DNA of 64,000 bases from Chthoniobacterales bacterium. Lineage in GTDB: Bacteria; Verrucomicrobiota; Verrucomicrobiia; Chthoniobacterales; Chthoniobacteraceae. The notes under the pieces were generated by a model. The model worked only from the letters and a program-made list of their open reading frames with translations. It had not been told where the DNA came from and did no database searches. The DNA lies in contig JBBQZX010000004.1 of NCBI GenBank assembly GCA_038207335.1, forward strand, positions 170,064-234,063, in the 5' to 3' direction. The position numbers were made by a program, and so were the translations under genes. Shown piece after piece: positions 41,501 through 49,363 of the stretch; within the stretch, counting starts at the first letter, position 1, and the number at the start of each line of letters is the position of its first letter.

Positions 41501-42336
41501 ATTTCCGCCAGCTCCCCGCGCCGCGCCGCGATCTCGCTCTCCTGCCGCTCGATTTCTTCCTCGCAGTCCGCCTGCACCTCGCCGAGCCGCACCAGTTCAG
41601 CATTCGCGGCCGACTGCTGATCCTCCAGCCCGTCGAGTTGCCGCTTCGCCGAGTGAGTCTCCATCAGCTTCAAATCGCCGACGAGCGCCTGATACCGCTT
41701 CGCCTTTCCCGCCTGCCGCTGCAGCGAGCCAATCTGCCGCTTCACCTCCTTGATGATGTCCGTTAGCCGCAGCAAATTCGCATCCGTCGCCTCCAGTTTT
41801 CGCAGCGCCTCCTTCTTCTGCGACTTGTATTTCGTGATCCCCGCAGCCTCCTCGAAAATCGCACGCCGATCCTCCGGGCGCGACGACAGTATCATGTCGA
41901 TCTTCCCCTGCTCCATGATCGAGTAGGCCGACCGCCCGATCCCGGTGTCCATGAAAAGCTGATGAATATCCTTCAGCCTGCACGGCGTTTTGTTCAGCAA
42001 ATACTCCGACCCGCCGTCGCGGAAAACGCGCCGCGTGATCGTCACCTCATGCCAGTCGAGCCCGAGATGCTCCTCGCACTCCGCGAAAGTCATCGACACC
42101 TCCGCCATCCCCACCGCCGCGCGCGAATCCGTCCCCGAGAAGATCACATCCGCCATCTCCCCGCCGCGCAGCGCCTTCGCCGATTGCTCCCCGAGCACCC
42201 AACGCATCGCATCGAGCACATTGGATTTCCCGCATCCATTCGGCCCCACCACCGCCGTCACGCCGCGATGAAATTCCATCTTCGTCTTCGGGGCAAAAGA
42301 CTTAAATCCGAACAGCTCGAGCGATTGGAGATACAT
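38524..42336 (-). CDS. smc: Chromosome segregation protein SMC
   Basis: MYLQSLELFGFKSF, GPNGCGKSN, coiled coils with hinge, LSGGE, LDEMDAPLD. Confidence 0.97.
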   Translation of the reverse strand: MYLQSLELFGFKSFAPKTKMEFHRGVTAVVGPNGCGKSNVLDAMRWVLGEQSAKALRGGEMADVIFSGTDSRAAVGMAEVSMTFAECEEHLGLDWHEVTITRRVFRDGGSEYLLNKTPCRLKDIHQLFMDTGIGRSAYSIMEQGKIDMILSSRPEDRRAIFEEAAGITKYKSQKKEALRKLEATDANLLRLTDIIKEVKRQIGSLQRQAGKAKRYQALVGDLKLMETHSAKRQLDGLEDQQSAANAELVRLGEVQADCEEEIERQESEIAARRGELAEMEAQLNAARQVVNDLRSRISNHENRIVFNAERSQEFGGLVERYRADVAGAEEKLRIAETQLRDTDAELAQITTMLAGELRVLEEKQAATAALVAQRQEGERVIASAASDAGKIESRVSGLRGQIAMATQQRDGAEARLGILSSELEQLEFGFARVTEQQTTAQAELEGAQIDLARATAQLTEAEQQVREGQAALAAVEQDLRGAQRLLSDKEAKLDVLRQLNEGGEGFSEGTQAILRGLDNPEFFKPAILGAVAQFIDVPAEYVAAVEATLGAHLQTIVMKDTMVAEAVIKTLTARKMGKASLALREFEKVFAHVEDKEMMLPEGAIDWLINKVKPAPELRRLIERLVNHTVLVPDLETAIRLFPQSGSLIVTLAGEVLTRDGILHGGATNEAVNSVLQRKNQIAELEMEAHDMRGALQAITTRRDGLVMDIEEAQTRLDEAREEKQNGTLTVSTLRGQLAVFERDMRETERKQQTLDGERASSEARQHEAASRLEMFEAEVLENLQHLDAMNARRSEAQSQLEDLRARETEVAAELNELRIKVATERQRHTSLHHQRQPMEARLAELHELIEQRHRDIDSYAQRAEAMLAENAEIESNLERLREQVGESEAAVSALVEQRSAMAAGVEEMSNGLRVLRHRLSESHDLRSRVEVKQSQLEMKIAALTEHILKRYQIELREFQRDLHGLRVAYRDQVKRAQRGLNAVVDADGVPASDQPAALDGEVPDEPVVEGFELDWERIESMVRELDQRIDSMGPVNLDAIQEYDELEERYTFLEKQNTDLTNSKSELIDVIAKINNTTKVLFAETFEKIRVNFSEMFVELFGGGKANLLLTDESDPLESGIDIIAKPPGKQLQTITLLSGGERTMTAVALLFSIYMVKPSPFCVLDEMDAPLDESNINRFIKILDRFVGQSQFIVISHHKRTIARADALYGVTMEEHGVSRLVGVKFSRREDSHEGKDVLGTNNPDAVPSVAETFGKRGDLHSETVASA

Positions 42337-42400
42337 GGGTTTCTTTGGGGAAAAGGTGGCGTCTGGCCGCGACCGTAGGCATCTCCAAAATCGACCGCAA

Positions 42401-42448
42401 GCACAACATATTGTGCCCACGTAAGTTTTCCATCCCTACAGAGTGTGT
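42401..42448. promoter_or_regulatory. Tandem NrdR-like boxes upstream of smc
   Basis: GCACAACATATTGTGC (42401-42416) closely matches acaCwAtATaTwGtgt; a weaker TCCCTACAGAGTGTGT starts 32 bp later. Confidence 0.65.
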
Positions 42449-42504
42449 TCCTGCGGGCAGACACAACCTCGCTACCCACCTCAGCGTTCAGCCCCCGCCG
42501 CGCC

Positions 42505-43629
42505 TCACTCCTTCGCGTGAAACGGAAAGTCCGTGTATCCCTCCGCGGTCGGCGCCGACCAATCCTTGAGCGCCGCCGGGGGATTCAGCTCCCACCCATT
42601 TTCAAACCGCTCCACCAGATCCGGATTGCTCAGAAACGGCCTCCCAAACGCCACCAAATCCGCGTTGACCGACGCGATCGCCTCCTCAGCCGACGCCTCC
42701 GTGTAGCCGCAGTTCCCCATCAGCGGCCCCGAATACACCGACCGGAACTCCCCCAGCGTCATCGCTTTTCCCTGCTCGTGAAAACCGAACGACAGCCCAT
42801 CCACCACATGCAGGTACGCCAGCCCATACGCGTTCAACTGCGCCGCCACATGCGAGTAAGTCTCCCGGAAATCCGGCGATCCCATGTCGTTGAAATTCCC
42901 ATTCGGCGACAGTCGCACGGCCACCCTCGACACCGGCCACACCGTCAGCACCGCCTCCACGATCTCCTCCAGAAAGCGATACCGATTCTCCACACTCCCG
43001 CCGTACTGATCCGTGCGGTGGTTCGTCTTCGAGTCCAGGAACTGATTGATCAGATACCCATTGGCGGCATGGATCTCCACGCCGTCGAACCCCGCATCCT
43101 TCGCCCGCATCGCCGCGCGCCGGTAATCCTCCACCACGTCCGCCACCTCCGCCGTCCCCAGCGCACGCGGCACTTCATGCGGCACTTTCCCCACCGGCGT
43201 ATGGATCATGCCAGAGCCGATCTTGATCGCCGATGCCGACACCGCCGGAGCGCCCCCGTGGAAGCTGCTGTGCGACGCCCGCCCGCAGTGCCACATCTGC
43301 AGGAAAAACGGCGTCCCCTCCTCTCGAAGTCCCGATGCGATCTTCCGCCAACCCTCCACCTGCGCCGCGTTGTAAATCCCCGGCGAATCCACCCACCCGA
43401 TACCCTGCTCCGAAATTACCGTCGCCTCCGACACGATCATCCCCGCCGACGCGCGCTGCGTGTAGTACGTCAGCATCAAATCATTCGGCACGCGCTGCGC
43501 CCCCGCACGGCCCCTCGTCAGCGGCGCCATCACCACTCGGTTTTTCAGCAGAAGCCCCTTCAGATCGTAGGGTGAAAGTAAACGGGGCGACTGCGACACG
43601 GAGTGAGTGGGATTCATAAGAGGCGTCAT
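42505..43629 (-). CDS. Old yellow enzyme family alkene reductase (NemA-like)
   Basis: NRVVMAPLTRGRA, GFDGVEIHAANGYL, N.RTDQYGGS, AFGRPFLSNPDL. Confidence 0.92.
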   Translation of the reverse strand: MTPLMNPTHSVSQSPRLLSPYDLKGLLLKNRVVMAPLTRGRAGAQRVPNDLMLTYYTQRASAGMIVSEATVISEQGIGWVDSPGIYNAAQVEGWRKIASGLREEGTPFFLQMWHCGRASHSSFHGGAPAVSASAIKIGSGMIHTPVGKVPHEVPRALGTAEVADVVEDYRRAAMRAKDAGFDGVEIHAANGYLINQFLDSKTNHRTDQYGGSVENRYRFLEEIVEAVLTVWPVSRVAVRLSPNGNFNDMGSPDFRETYSHVAAQLNAYGLAYLHVVDGLSFGFHEQGKAMTLGEFRSVYSGPLMGNCGYTEASAEEAIASVNADLVAFGRPFLSNPDLVERFENGWELNPPAALKDWSAPTAEGYTDFPFHAKE

Positions 43630-43680
43630 TTAGACAGGTCGCAAATCGCGTGTCCGCCGAAAAGCGGTCGCTCGCCTTTA

Positions 43681-44388
43681 TCAACAGATCACCATCAACC
43701 GCGCCCCCTCACTCTCCGGCGCGCGGTGAATACACGACGGCACCGCGCAACCCGGCCACTCCACGGCGATCTTCCACAAATTCCCCATCCCAAACGAGAA
43801 CGCCTGCCCATCTGCCACCGCCTCGTAGTGCAGATCGTAACTGCATTCCGCCAGATACTCCCTGAACTCCTCCCCATCCTCCCCGCCAAACTCCACCAGC
43901 AGCGCCGCCCGCGTCTCCGGCACATCCACTCGACGCCGCGCCTCTTCATTCCGCAGCCCCTCGCTCGGCGCGCCAAAATACGTGCAAAGCCACGTCTCCG
44001 CCTCCACCGGCGCGCGATCCGCGTGAAACGAAAACACATCCGTCCGCACCACCTCCGCATCGAAATCGCGCGGGTACCCGCGGACACAATTCAAAACGGG
44101 TTCCCGCCGGCACTCCTGCAGAAGTCGCAAATCCTCAAGCATCACCGCTACTGCCACCTTCCCGGCTGCGCTCAGTTCCAGGCCGCGCAACCGACTTTCA
44201 TCGAGCACCTCCACCCCATCGCCCGCTCCCAGCGCTACAGCCACCTCCTCAAAATCGCCCTCTAAAACGCGCGGCCAACAAACCGCGTTCACCTCATCCA
44301 CAAAATTTGCCCGAAGCAGTTCTGCGAAACTTCCCACATCTCGAACCCGCTCGCAGCGATCGCTCGGAGAAAAAGGCGACATTTTCAT
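43681..44388 (-). CDS. DUF1826-like hypothetical protein
   Basis: VNAVCWPRVLEGDF, SFHADRA..WLCTYFG..SEGL, CIHRAP. The true gene is the 3' part of the 458-aa track ORF. Confidence 0.65.
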   Translation of the reverse strand: MKMSPFSPSDRCERVRDVGSFAELLRANFVDEVNAVCWPRVLEGDFEEVAVALGAGDGVEVLDESRLRGLELSAAGKVAVAVMLEDLRLLQECRREPVLNCVRGYPRDFDAEVVRTDVFSFHADRAPVEAETWLCTYFGAPSEGLRNEEARRRVDVPETRAALLVEFGGEDGEEFREYLAECSYDLHYEAVADGQAFSFGMGNLWKIAVEWPGCAVPSCIHRAPESEGARLMVIC

Positions 44389-44514
44389 AAACAGAAAAGC
44401 TGGACGGATGACACGACTCGCAGAGCATCGAATGCCGAACTGCAACTGTTCAAGACTTCGAGTGCCGCAGCCGTTGCTTTTTACTCCGACCTCGCTACCG
44501 TCCCCGCCAGCGCC

Positions 44515-45255
44515 ATGAAATTCCTCCTCGCTCTCCTGCTCCTCGCGGGGTCTCTCGCCGCGCGCGCTGCGGATTATCCGCAGCCCACCGGTGCCGATTT
44601 CGCACACACCGCGCCCTACTCCCTCATCGGCCAGCTTCTCTTCTCCAGCGGCGATGGCTATTACAGCGGCACCGGGACCGTCATTCGCCCGAGTTCCGTC
44701 CTCACCGCCGGCCACATCGTCTATGATTTCGATGGCGGATGGTCCACCGACGTCCTTTTCCGCCGCGGGCAATACGGCAGGACCGATCTCTCCGAGCAAT
44801 ACGCCACGCGCCTCTACATCCTCGGCGGATACCGCCGCAGCGTCGTCGCCCACGGTGCCGATGACGTCCGCGCCTTTGCAAACGACATCGGCGGACTCCG
44901 CTTCGCCTCTCCCGTCGCGGATGGAGCCGCTGCTGGGTGGGCCACCGATCGCTCCCTCCTCACCGGGGCCGCCTACAACATCGCACTCGGATACGGCGGC
45001 GAATATCACAGCGGCGACGACCTCCTCGCTGTCGAGCCAAAGGCCGCATTCACCCAAAGCTACGGCCCGTTTTTGGAAAATGAATCCGTCTATTTCGAAT
45101 CCGGCATGAGCGGCGGCCCCGTCTTTGCCCGCGATGCAAAAGGCAACTTCTACATCGCCGGCATCGTCGTTTCCGGCTCAGTCGATCCTGTCGCCGGCGG
45201 CATTCGCGCACTGAATGCGACCGCCTCCGACTTCATCAAACGCTACCTGCGCTAA
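44515..45255 (+). CDS. Secreted trypsin-like (V8-type) serine protease
   Basis: Signal peptide; TAGH, DIG and GMSGGP catalytic triad motifs. Confidence 0.85.
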   Translation: MKFLLALLLLAGSLAARAADYPQPTGADFAHTAPYSLIGQLLFSSGDGYYSGTGTVIRPSSVLTAGHIVYDFDGGWSTDVLFRRGQYGRTDLSEQYATRLYILGGYRRSVVAHGADDVRAFANDIGGLRFASPVADGAAAGWATDRSLLTGAAYNIALGYGGEYHSGDDLLAVEPKAAFTQSYGPFLENESVYFESGMSGGPVFARDAKGNFYIAGIVVSGSVDPVAGGIRALNATASDFIKRYLR

Positions 45256-45272
45256 GTGACGCAAATCTGGTC

Positions 45273-46409
45273 GTGAAAGCTCGCACGGCGGCGCTCCTCG
45301 TCCTCGCGATCCTCACCGGGCTCACCATTGAGCTCATAGTCGCAGGTCTCCGCTCCGCTCCGGAGCAGGTGAAAATCACTCCTCCTGCAAGCCCGCTGCC
45401 CTCCTCTGCCGCTCCCAGCGCGAATTTCTCCACCGTTCGCCCGCCAGTCCAAACGCCCGACAAACCCACCTCCGCGCTGCGCTCCCGGATCGACTCTCTC
45501 CTCGCACGTCTCCAAAAAGGCGAAGCCGGTGCCGCCGACCTTGCCCAACTCGAACGCGAACTTTTCGCCGCCGATCCCGGCTTCGCGATTCGCGCGATCT
45601 TACAATTTCTTGCCACCGGCCAGGACTCCCCGACCAGCGAAATTTTCACGCTTGGCGAAGGCGGAAAACTCACGGGCGCACCGACCCTCCGCGTCGCTCT
45701 CATGGACTGGCTCGGCCGCCTCTCGAAACGAAGCGGCAGCGCCGACGCCGCGCAATTCGCCCGCACCGTTCTCGACGCCAAAACCGCACCTGACGAATGG
45801 GCCGTCTCGCTCCGCAACGTCGCATGGCACGACCCACGCGACTCCGCATACCTCGGAGGCAAATTCCGCGAAATGCTCGGCTACCAGCCGTGGAACGCCC
45901 AGCCCAGTGACGGCATGTTGGAGGCATTCGACGTCGCCGTTTTCACCAAAGACCCCGCGCTCATCCCCGTCCTCGACGCCGCCGCTCGCTCCGGCAAGAG
46001 CGACCTCCAACGCGCTGCCGCAGTCGCGCTCGACCGCCTCGCGGAAGAAGCAGCGCTGCCCGTAATGAATTACCTCAATGCCAACCCGGCGCTCCTCTCC
46101 GACCGCCCTTTCGTCCGCGCCGATTACTTTGCCAAAGCCGACCTCGGACAAACCGGAGAACGGCAGGCGGTGGAAAACTATCTCGAACGCCCGGACATTT
46201 CAGTCGCGGAAAAGGCGAAGATGCTGAAGAGCATCACGACGCCCGCCAGTTTCGTCTCAGACAATCTGCTGACCGCAGCACCCGAGCCCGCCGACGACAC
46301 GGCACGCCTCACCGCCCTCGGAAAAACAACGAAGGAATGGCTGACCACTGGACGCTTTCCCGAACTCACGACGGAACTTCAGCGCCTGCAATACCGCATC
46401 CCGCGCTGA
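45273..46409 (+). CDS. Membrane-anchored alpha-helical hypothetical protein
   Basis: N-terminal TM segment, Pro-rich linker, good codon bias; 17 nt after the protease gene. Confidence 0.7.
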   Translation: MKARTAALLVLAILTGLTIELIVAGLRSAPEQVKITPPASPLPSSAAPSANFSTVRPPVQTPDKPTSALRSRIDSLLARLQKGEAGAADLAQLERELFAADPGFAIRAILQFLATGQDSPTSEIFTLGEGGKLTGAPTLRVALMDWLGRLSKRSGSADAAQFARTVLDAKTAPDEWAVSLRNVAWHDPRDSAYLGGKFREMLGYQPWNAQPSDGMLEAFDVAVFTKDPALIPVLDAAARSGKSDLQRAAAVALDRLAEEAALPVMNYLNANPALLSDRPFVRADYFAKADLGQTGERQAVENYLERPDISVAEKAKMLKSITTPASFVSDNLLTAAPEPADDTARLTALGKTTKEWLTTGRFPELTTELQRLQYRIPR

Positions 46410-46431
46410 CTCTATCAGCCGGTAACGGAGG

Positions 46432-47640
46432 TCACTTCACCACTTGCTGAATCGCGGCACCCAAATCGGCGCGCGCATCCAGCGCCTGCGCCGCCGCCGC
46501 CGAAAACGACGTCACCAAATCCTGCGTCTCCGCCGGATTGTGCGCGGGCTTCGACAGCCAAATCTGCGCCGTCTCGCCGTACTTGATAATCGCCTGCGCA
46601 TACCGTTTCGCCAACGGATCAAGCCGTTCCAGCGCCAGCCGCAACCGCTGCAATTCGCTCACCACCCCCGCCGTCGTCAGGCCCTTCACCTCGTAAGGCC
46701 GAGCCGACTGAATGTTCTTCAACAGCGTCGTCGCAATCCGGTCCACAGCCTCGATCGAGCTTGGCAGACTGAACGTCCTGTAACGCCCCGCGACATGCCC
46801 AAGCAGAAGCCGCGCGGTCATGTGGCTCGGCCATTTCCGCAACGTGAAGCGCAACTGTTCCTGCGTGTCCACCTTCTTCAAAATCGCCTCAGCATCCGCC
46901 CCGGAAGCCGAGAGCGTTTTCTGTACACCGTCGAAAAGCTCGATCGATTTCGCCATGTCCGGGTCGGGCTGCAGCGCCGCCATTTGCAGCACCTCATCGA
47001 AATCTTTCACCGCAAACATCTGCACCCGCCCCGCCCCGACCACCCCTTCATTCACGAGACAATCCGCCGCCTGCGTCACATTTTTCTCCGGCATCAAAAT
47101 GCGCGACGCCGTTCCTCGCGTCGCCGTCGTAAGCCTCATCAGCGCACTCGTCGCCGCCTGCACTTTCCCATCCGGCTGCAAGCCGCCGATGATCGAGCAC
47201 GCGGGATCCGCATTCCATCCCGCGATCATCGAGTCCAGTAGCAACGCCACCGCCAGCGACGCCGCGGGCGCATCGTCCGGCGCGATCTCCGGCTGAAAGC
47301 TCACCTCCACGCGCTGCCCAACCGGCCAGCCATTATGCACGGTCATCATCAGCTTCGTCACCGCGCCGAGCACCGCCTTCCCGCCATCACCGAGCGGCGG
47401 CACGAGCAATATCCCCGCTTGATCCGGTGTCGCCGGCGTCGCCTTTGCCGTGATCGTCACATTCGCGAGAACGTTCACCCCAGCCGCCTGCTTGATATAC
47501 AGCGGCGAGGTCACAACCGCCTTCGGATTCTTGATGGTCGGCGCAGCCGTCTTCTCATCCCCCTCTTTTTCTGGCAAAGCACCTCGGCAAACGAGACCTA
47601 GCCCGATCAGGCAGATGGAGGCAAAAGTGAAAATCTTCAT
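46432..47640 (-). CDS. Secreted protein with degenerate Lon-protease C-terminal (S16)-like domain
   Basis: DDAPAASLAVALLLDSMIAG..SIIGGLQPDGKVQA..ILMPEKN resembles the Lon_C motifs DGPSAG..TGEI...G.V..GG..K. Confidence 0.55.
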   Translation of the reverse strand: MKIFTFASICLIGLGLVCRGALPEKEGDEKTAAPTIKNPKAVVTSPLYIKQAAGVNVLANVTITAKATPATPDQAGILLVPPLGDGGKAVLGAVTKLMMTVHNGWPVGQRVEVSFQPEIAPDDAPAASLAVALLLDSMIAGWNADPACSIIGGLQPDGKVQAATSALMRLTTATRGTASRILMPEKNVTQAADCLVNEGVVGAGRVQMFAVKDFDEVLQMAALQPDPDMAKSIELFDGVQKTLSASGADAEAILKKVDTQEQLRFTLRKWPSHMTARLLLGHVAGRYRTFSLPSSIEAVDRIATTLLKNIQSARPYEVKGLTTAGVVSELQRLRLALERLDPLAKRYAQAIIKYGETAQIWLSKPAHNPAETQDLVTSFSAAAAQALDARADLGAAIQQVVK

Positions 47641-47706
47641 GGCGGCGTTCTCGTTACTTCAAAAACGACACTCTCACAAGCCAGCAGCGCGCTCCGGCTC
47701 GCAAAT

Positions 47707-47742
47707 GAAACAGCCGCGCCAGTTTCCCGGAGCGGCTGTTTC
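47707..47742 (-). terminator. Hairpin terminator downstream of ahcY
   Basis: GAAACAGCCGC..GCGGCTGTTTC 11-bp inverted repeat, 17 nt after the ahcY stop. Confidence 0.7.
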
Positions 47743-47759
47743 GATGAAGTTTCGCGGCG

Positions 47760-49190
47760 TTAGTAACGGTAGTGTTCAGGCTTGTAAGGCCCTTCCACAG
47801 GCACCCCAATGTAATCCGCCTGTCGCTTACTCAGCACCGTGAGTTTCACGCCGATCTTCTCGAGATGAAGTCTCGCGACTTCCTCGTCGAGCTTCTTGGG
47901 CAGGATGTAAACGCCGGGCTTCAAAGTCTCGCGGTTCTTCCAGAGATCGAGCTGCGCGAGCGTCTGATTGCTAAAGGAGTTCGACATCACGAATGAAGGA
48001 TGTCCAGTAGCGCAGCCGAGGTTCACCAAGCGGCCTTCCGCCAGCAGGAAAATCTCGCGCCCATCCGCGAACTGATACTTATCCACCTGTGGCTTGATGT
48101 TGATCCGCTTGACCCCCGGATAGTTGTTCAACTTGTCCACCTGAATCTCATTGTCGAAGTGCCCGATGTTCGCAATGACCGCCTGATTCTTCATCTTGGT
48201 CATGTGCTCGATCGTGATCACATCGACGTTTCCAGTCGTAGTGATGTAGATGTCGCCGCGCCCGAGAGTATCTTCGGTAGTCGTCACTTCGTAGCCTTCC
48301 ATCGCCGCTTGCAGCGCATTGATCGGATCGACTTCCGTCACGATGACCCGCGCACCTTGTCCCCGCAGCGACTGCGCGCAGCCCTTGCCGACATCGCCAT
48401 AGCCAATGACCACCGCGACTTTGCCGGAAATCATGACATCGAGCGCGCGGTTGAGACCATCCACGAGCGAGTGACGGCAGCCGTAAAGGTTGTCAAACTT
48501 CGACTTGGTTACCGAGTCATTCACATTGAACGCTGGCACGAGAAGCTTGCCCGCCTCGTGGAGCTTGTAAAGCCGATGAACGCCGGTTGTCGTCTCCTCC
48601 GACACTCCGCGCCAGTCCTTCACGATCTCATGAAAGATGAATGGATTCTCCGCATGGATCTTCTTGAGCAAGTCCTTGATCACTTGCTCTTCATGAGTCT
48701 CGCTCTCGCCGTTGACCCAGTCGTCTCCTTCTTCCAGCTCGTAGCCTTTGTGCAGGAAGAGAGTCACGTCGCCACCATCATCGACCACCAACTCCGGGCC
48801 CTTGCCATCGCCGCCGACGATCGCATTCCAGGTGCAATCCCAATACTCCTCCAGGCTCTCGCCTTTCCAGGCAAACACCGGCACACCCGCAGCAGCGATC
48901 GCCGCCGCCGCATGATCCTGCGTCGAGAAAATGTTGCAGCTCGCCCAGCGCACCGTCGCGCCGAGGTCCACCAGCGTCTCGATCAGGACAGCCGTCTGAA
49001 TCGTCATGTGCAGCGACCCAGTGATCCGCACGCCTTCGAGCGGCTTGCCATCGGCATACTTGCCGCGGATTGACATGAGACCGGGCATCTCCTGCTCGGC
49101 GATCTCGATTTCCTTGCGGCCCCAGTCGGCGAGGTTGATGTCGGCGACTTTGAAGTCGGTGTTTTTGGCGGTCAGGGTGTTGGTGCTCAT
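47760..49190 (-). CDS. ahcY: S-adenosylhomocysteine hydrolase
   Basis: [54 protein letters not shown]. Confidence 0.98.
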   Translation of the reverse strand: MSTNTLTAKNTDFKVADINLADWGRKEIEIAEQEMPGLMSIRGKYADGKPLEGVRITGSLHMTIQTAVLIETLVDLGATVRWASCNIFSTQDHAAAAIAAAGVPVFAWKGESLEEYWDCTWNAIVGGDGKGPELVVDDGGDVTLFLHKGYELEEGDDWVNGESETHEEQVIKDLLKKIHAENPFIFHEIVKDWRGVSEETTTGVHRLYKLHEAGKLLVPAFNVNDSVTKSKFDNLYGCRHSLVDGLNRALDVMISGKVAVVIGYGDVGKGCAQSLRGQGARVIVTEVDPINALQAAMEGYEVTTTEDTLGRGDIYITTTGNVDVITIEHMTKMKNQAVIANIGHFDNEIQVDKLNNYPGVKRINIKPQVDKYQFADGREIFLLAEGRLVNLGCATGHPSFVMSNSFSNQTLAQLDLWKNRETLKPGVYILPKKLDEEVARLHLEKIGVKLTVLSKRQADYIGVPVEGPYKPEHYRY

Positions 49191-49256
49191 AAAAGTGAAG
49201 GTTGTCAGGTTCGTGAAAGCTCAACGCCGCTGCTCAGCAAACGGACGCATCTTCCA

Positions 49257-49272
49257 ATCGTGATGGCATGAT
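49257..49272. promoter_or_regulatory. Palindromic operator upstream of ahcY (SahR/ArsR-like)
   Basis: ATCGTG-ATGG-CATGAT (ATC-N10-GAT), about 67 nt upstream of the ahcY start. Confidence 0.45.
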
Positions 49273-49324
49273 GCGTTAAGAATTCGCTCCGTCAACCCGA
49301 AAGATCACTCGCGAGGAAAGCCGA

Positions 49325-49352
49325 TGATCCTTTTCATCGCGGAATCTCGCAT
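49325..49352 (+). promoter_or_regulatory. Putative ECF-sigma promoter, copy 1
   Basis: TGATCC-ttttca-N11-CGCAT-N11-ATG; identical geometry at 57357. Confidence 0.55.
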
Positions 49353-49363
49353 GAACGGATGAT

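Noticed and set aside
49191..49280. SAH or SAM riboswitch upstream of ahcY
   Set aside because: Conserved riboswitch core sequences were not recognisable by eye; needs Infernal.
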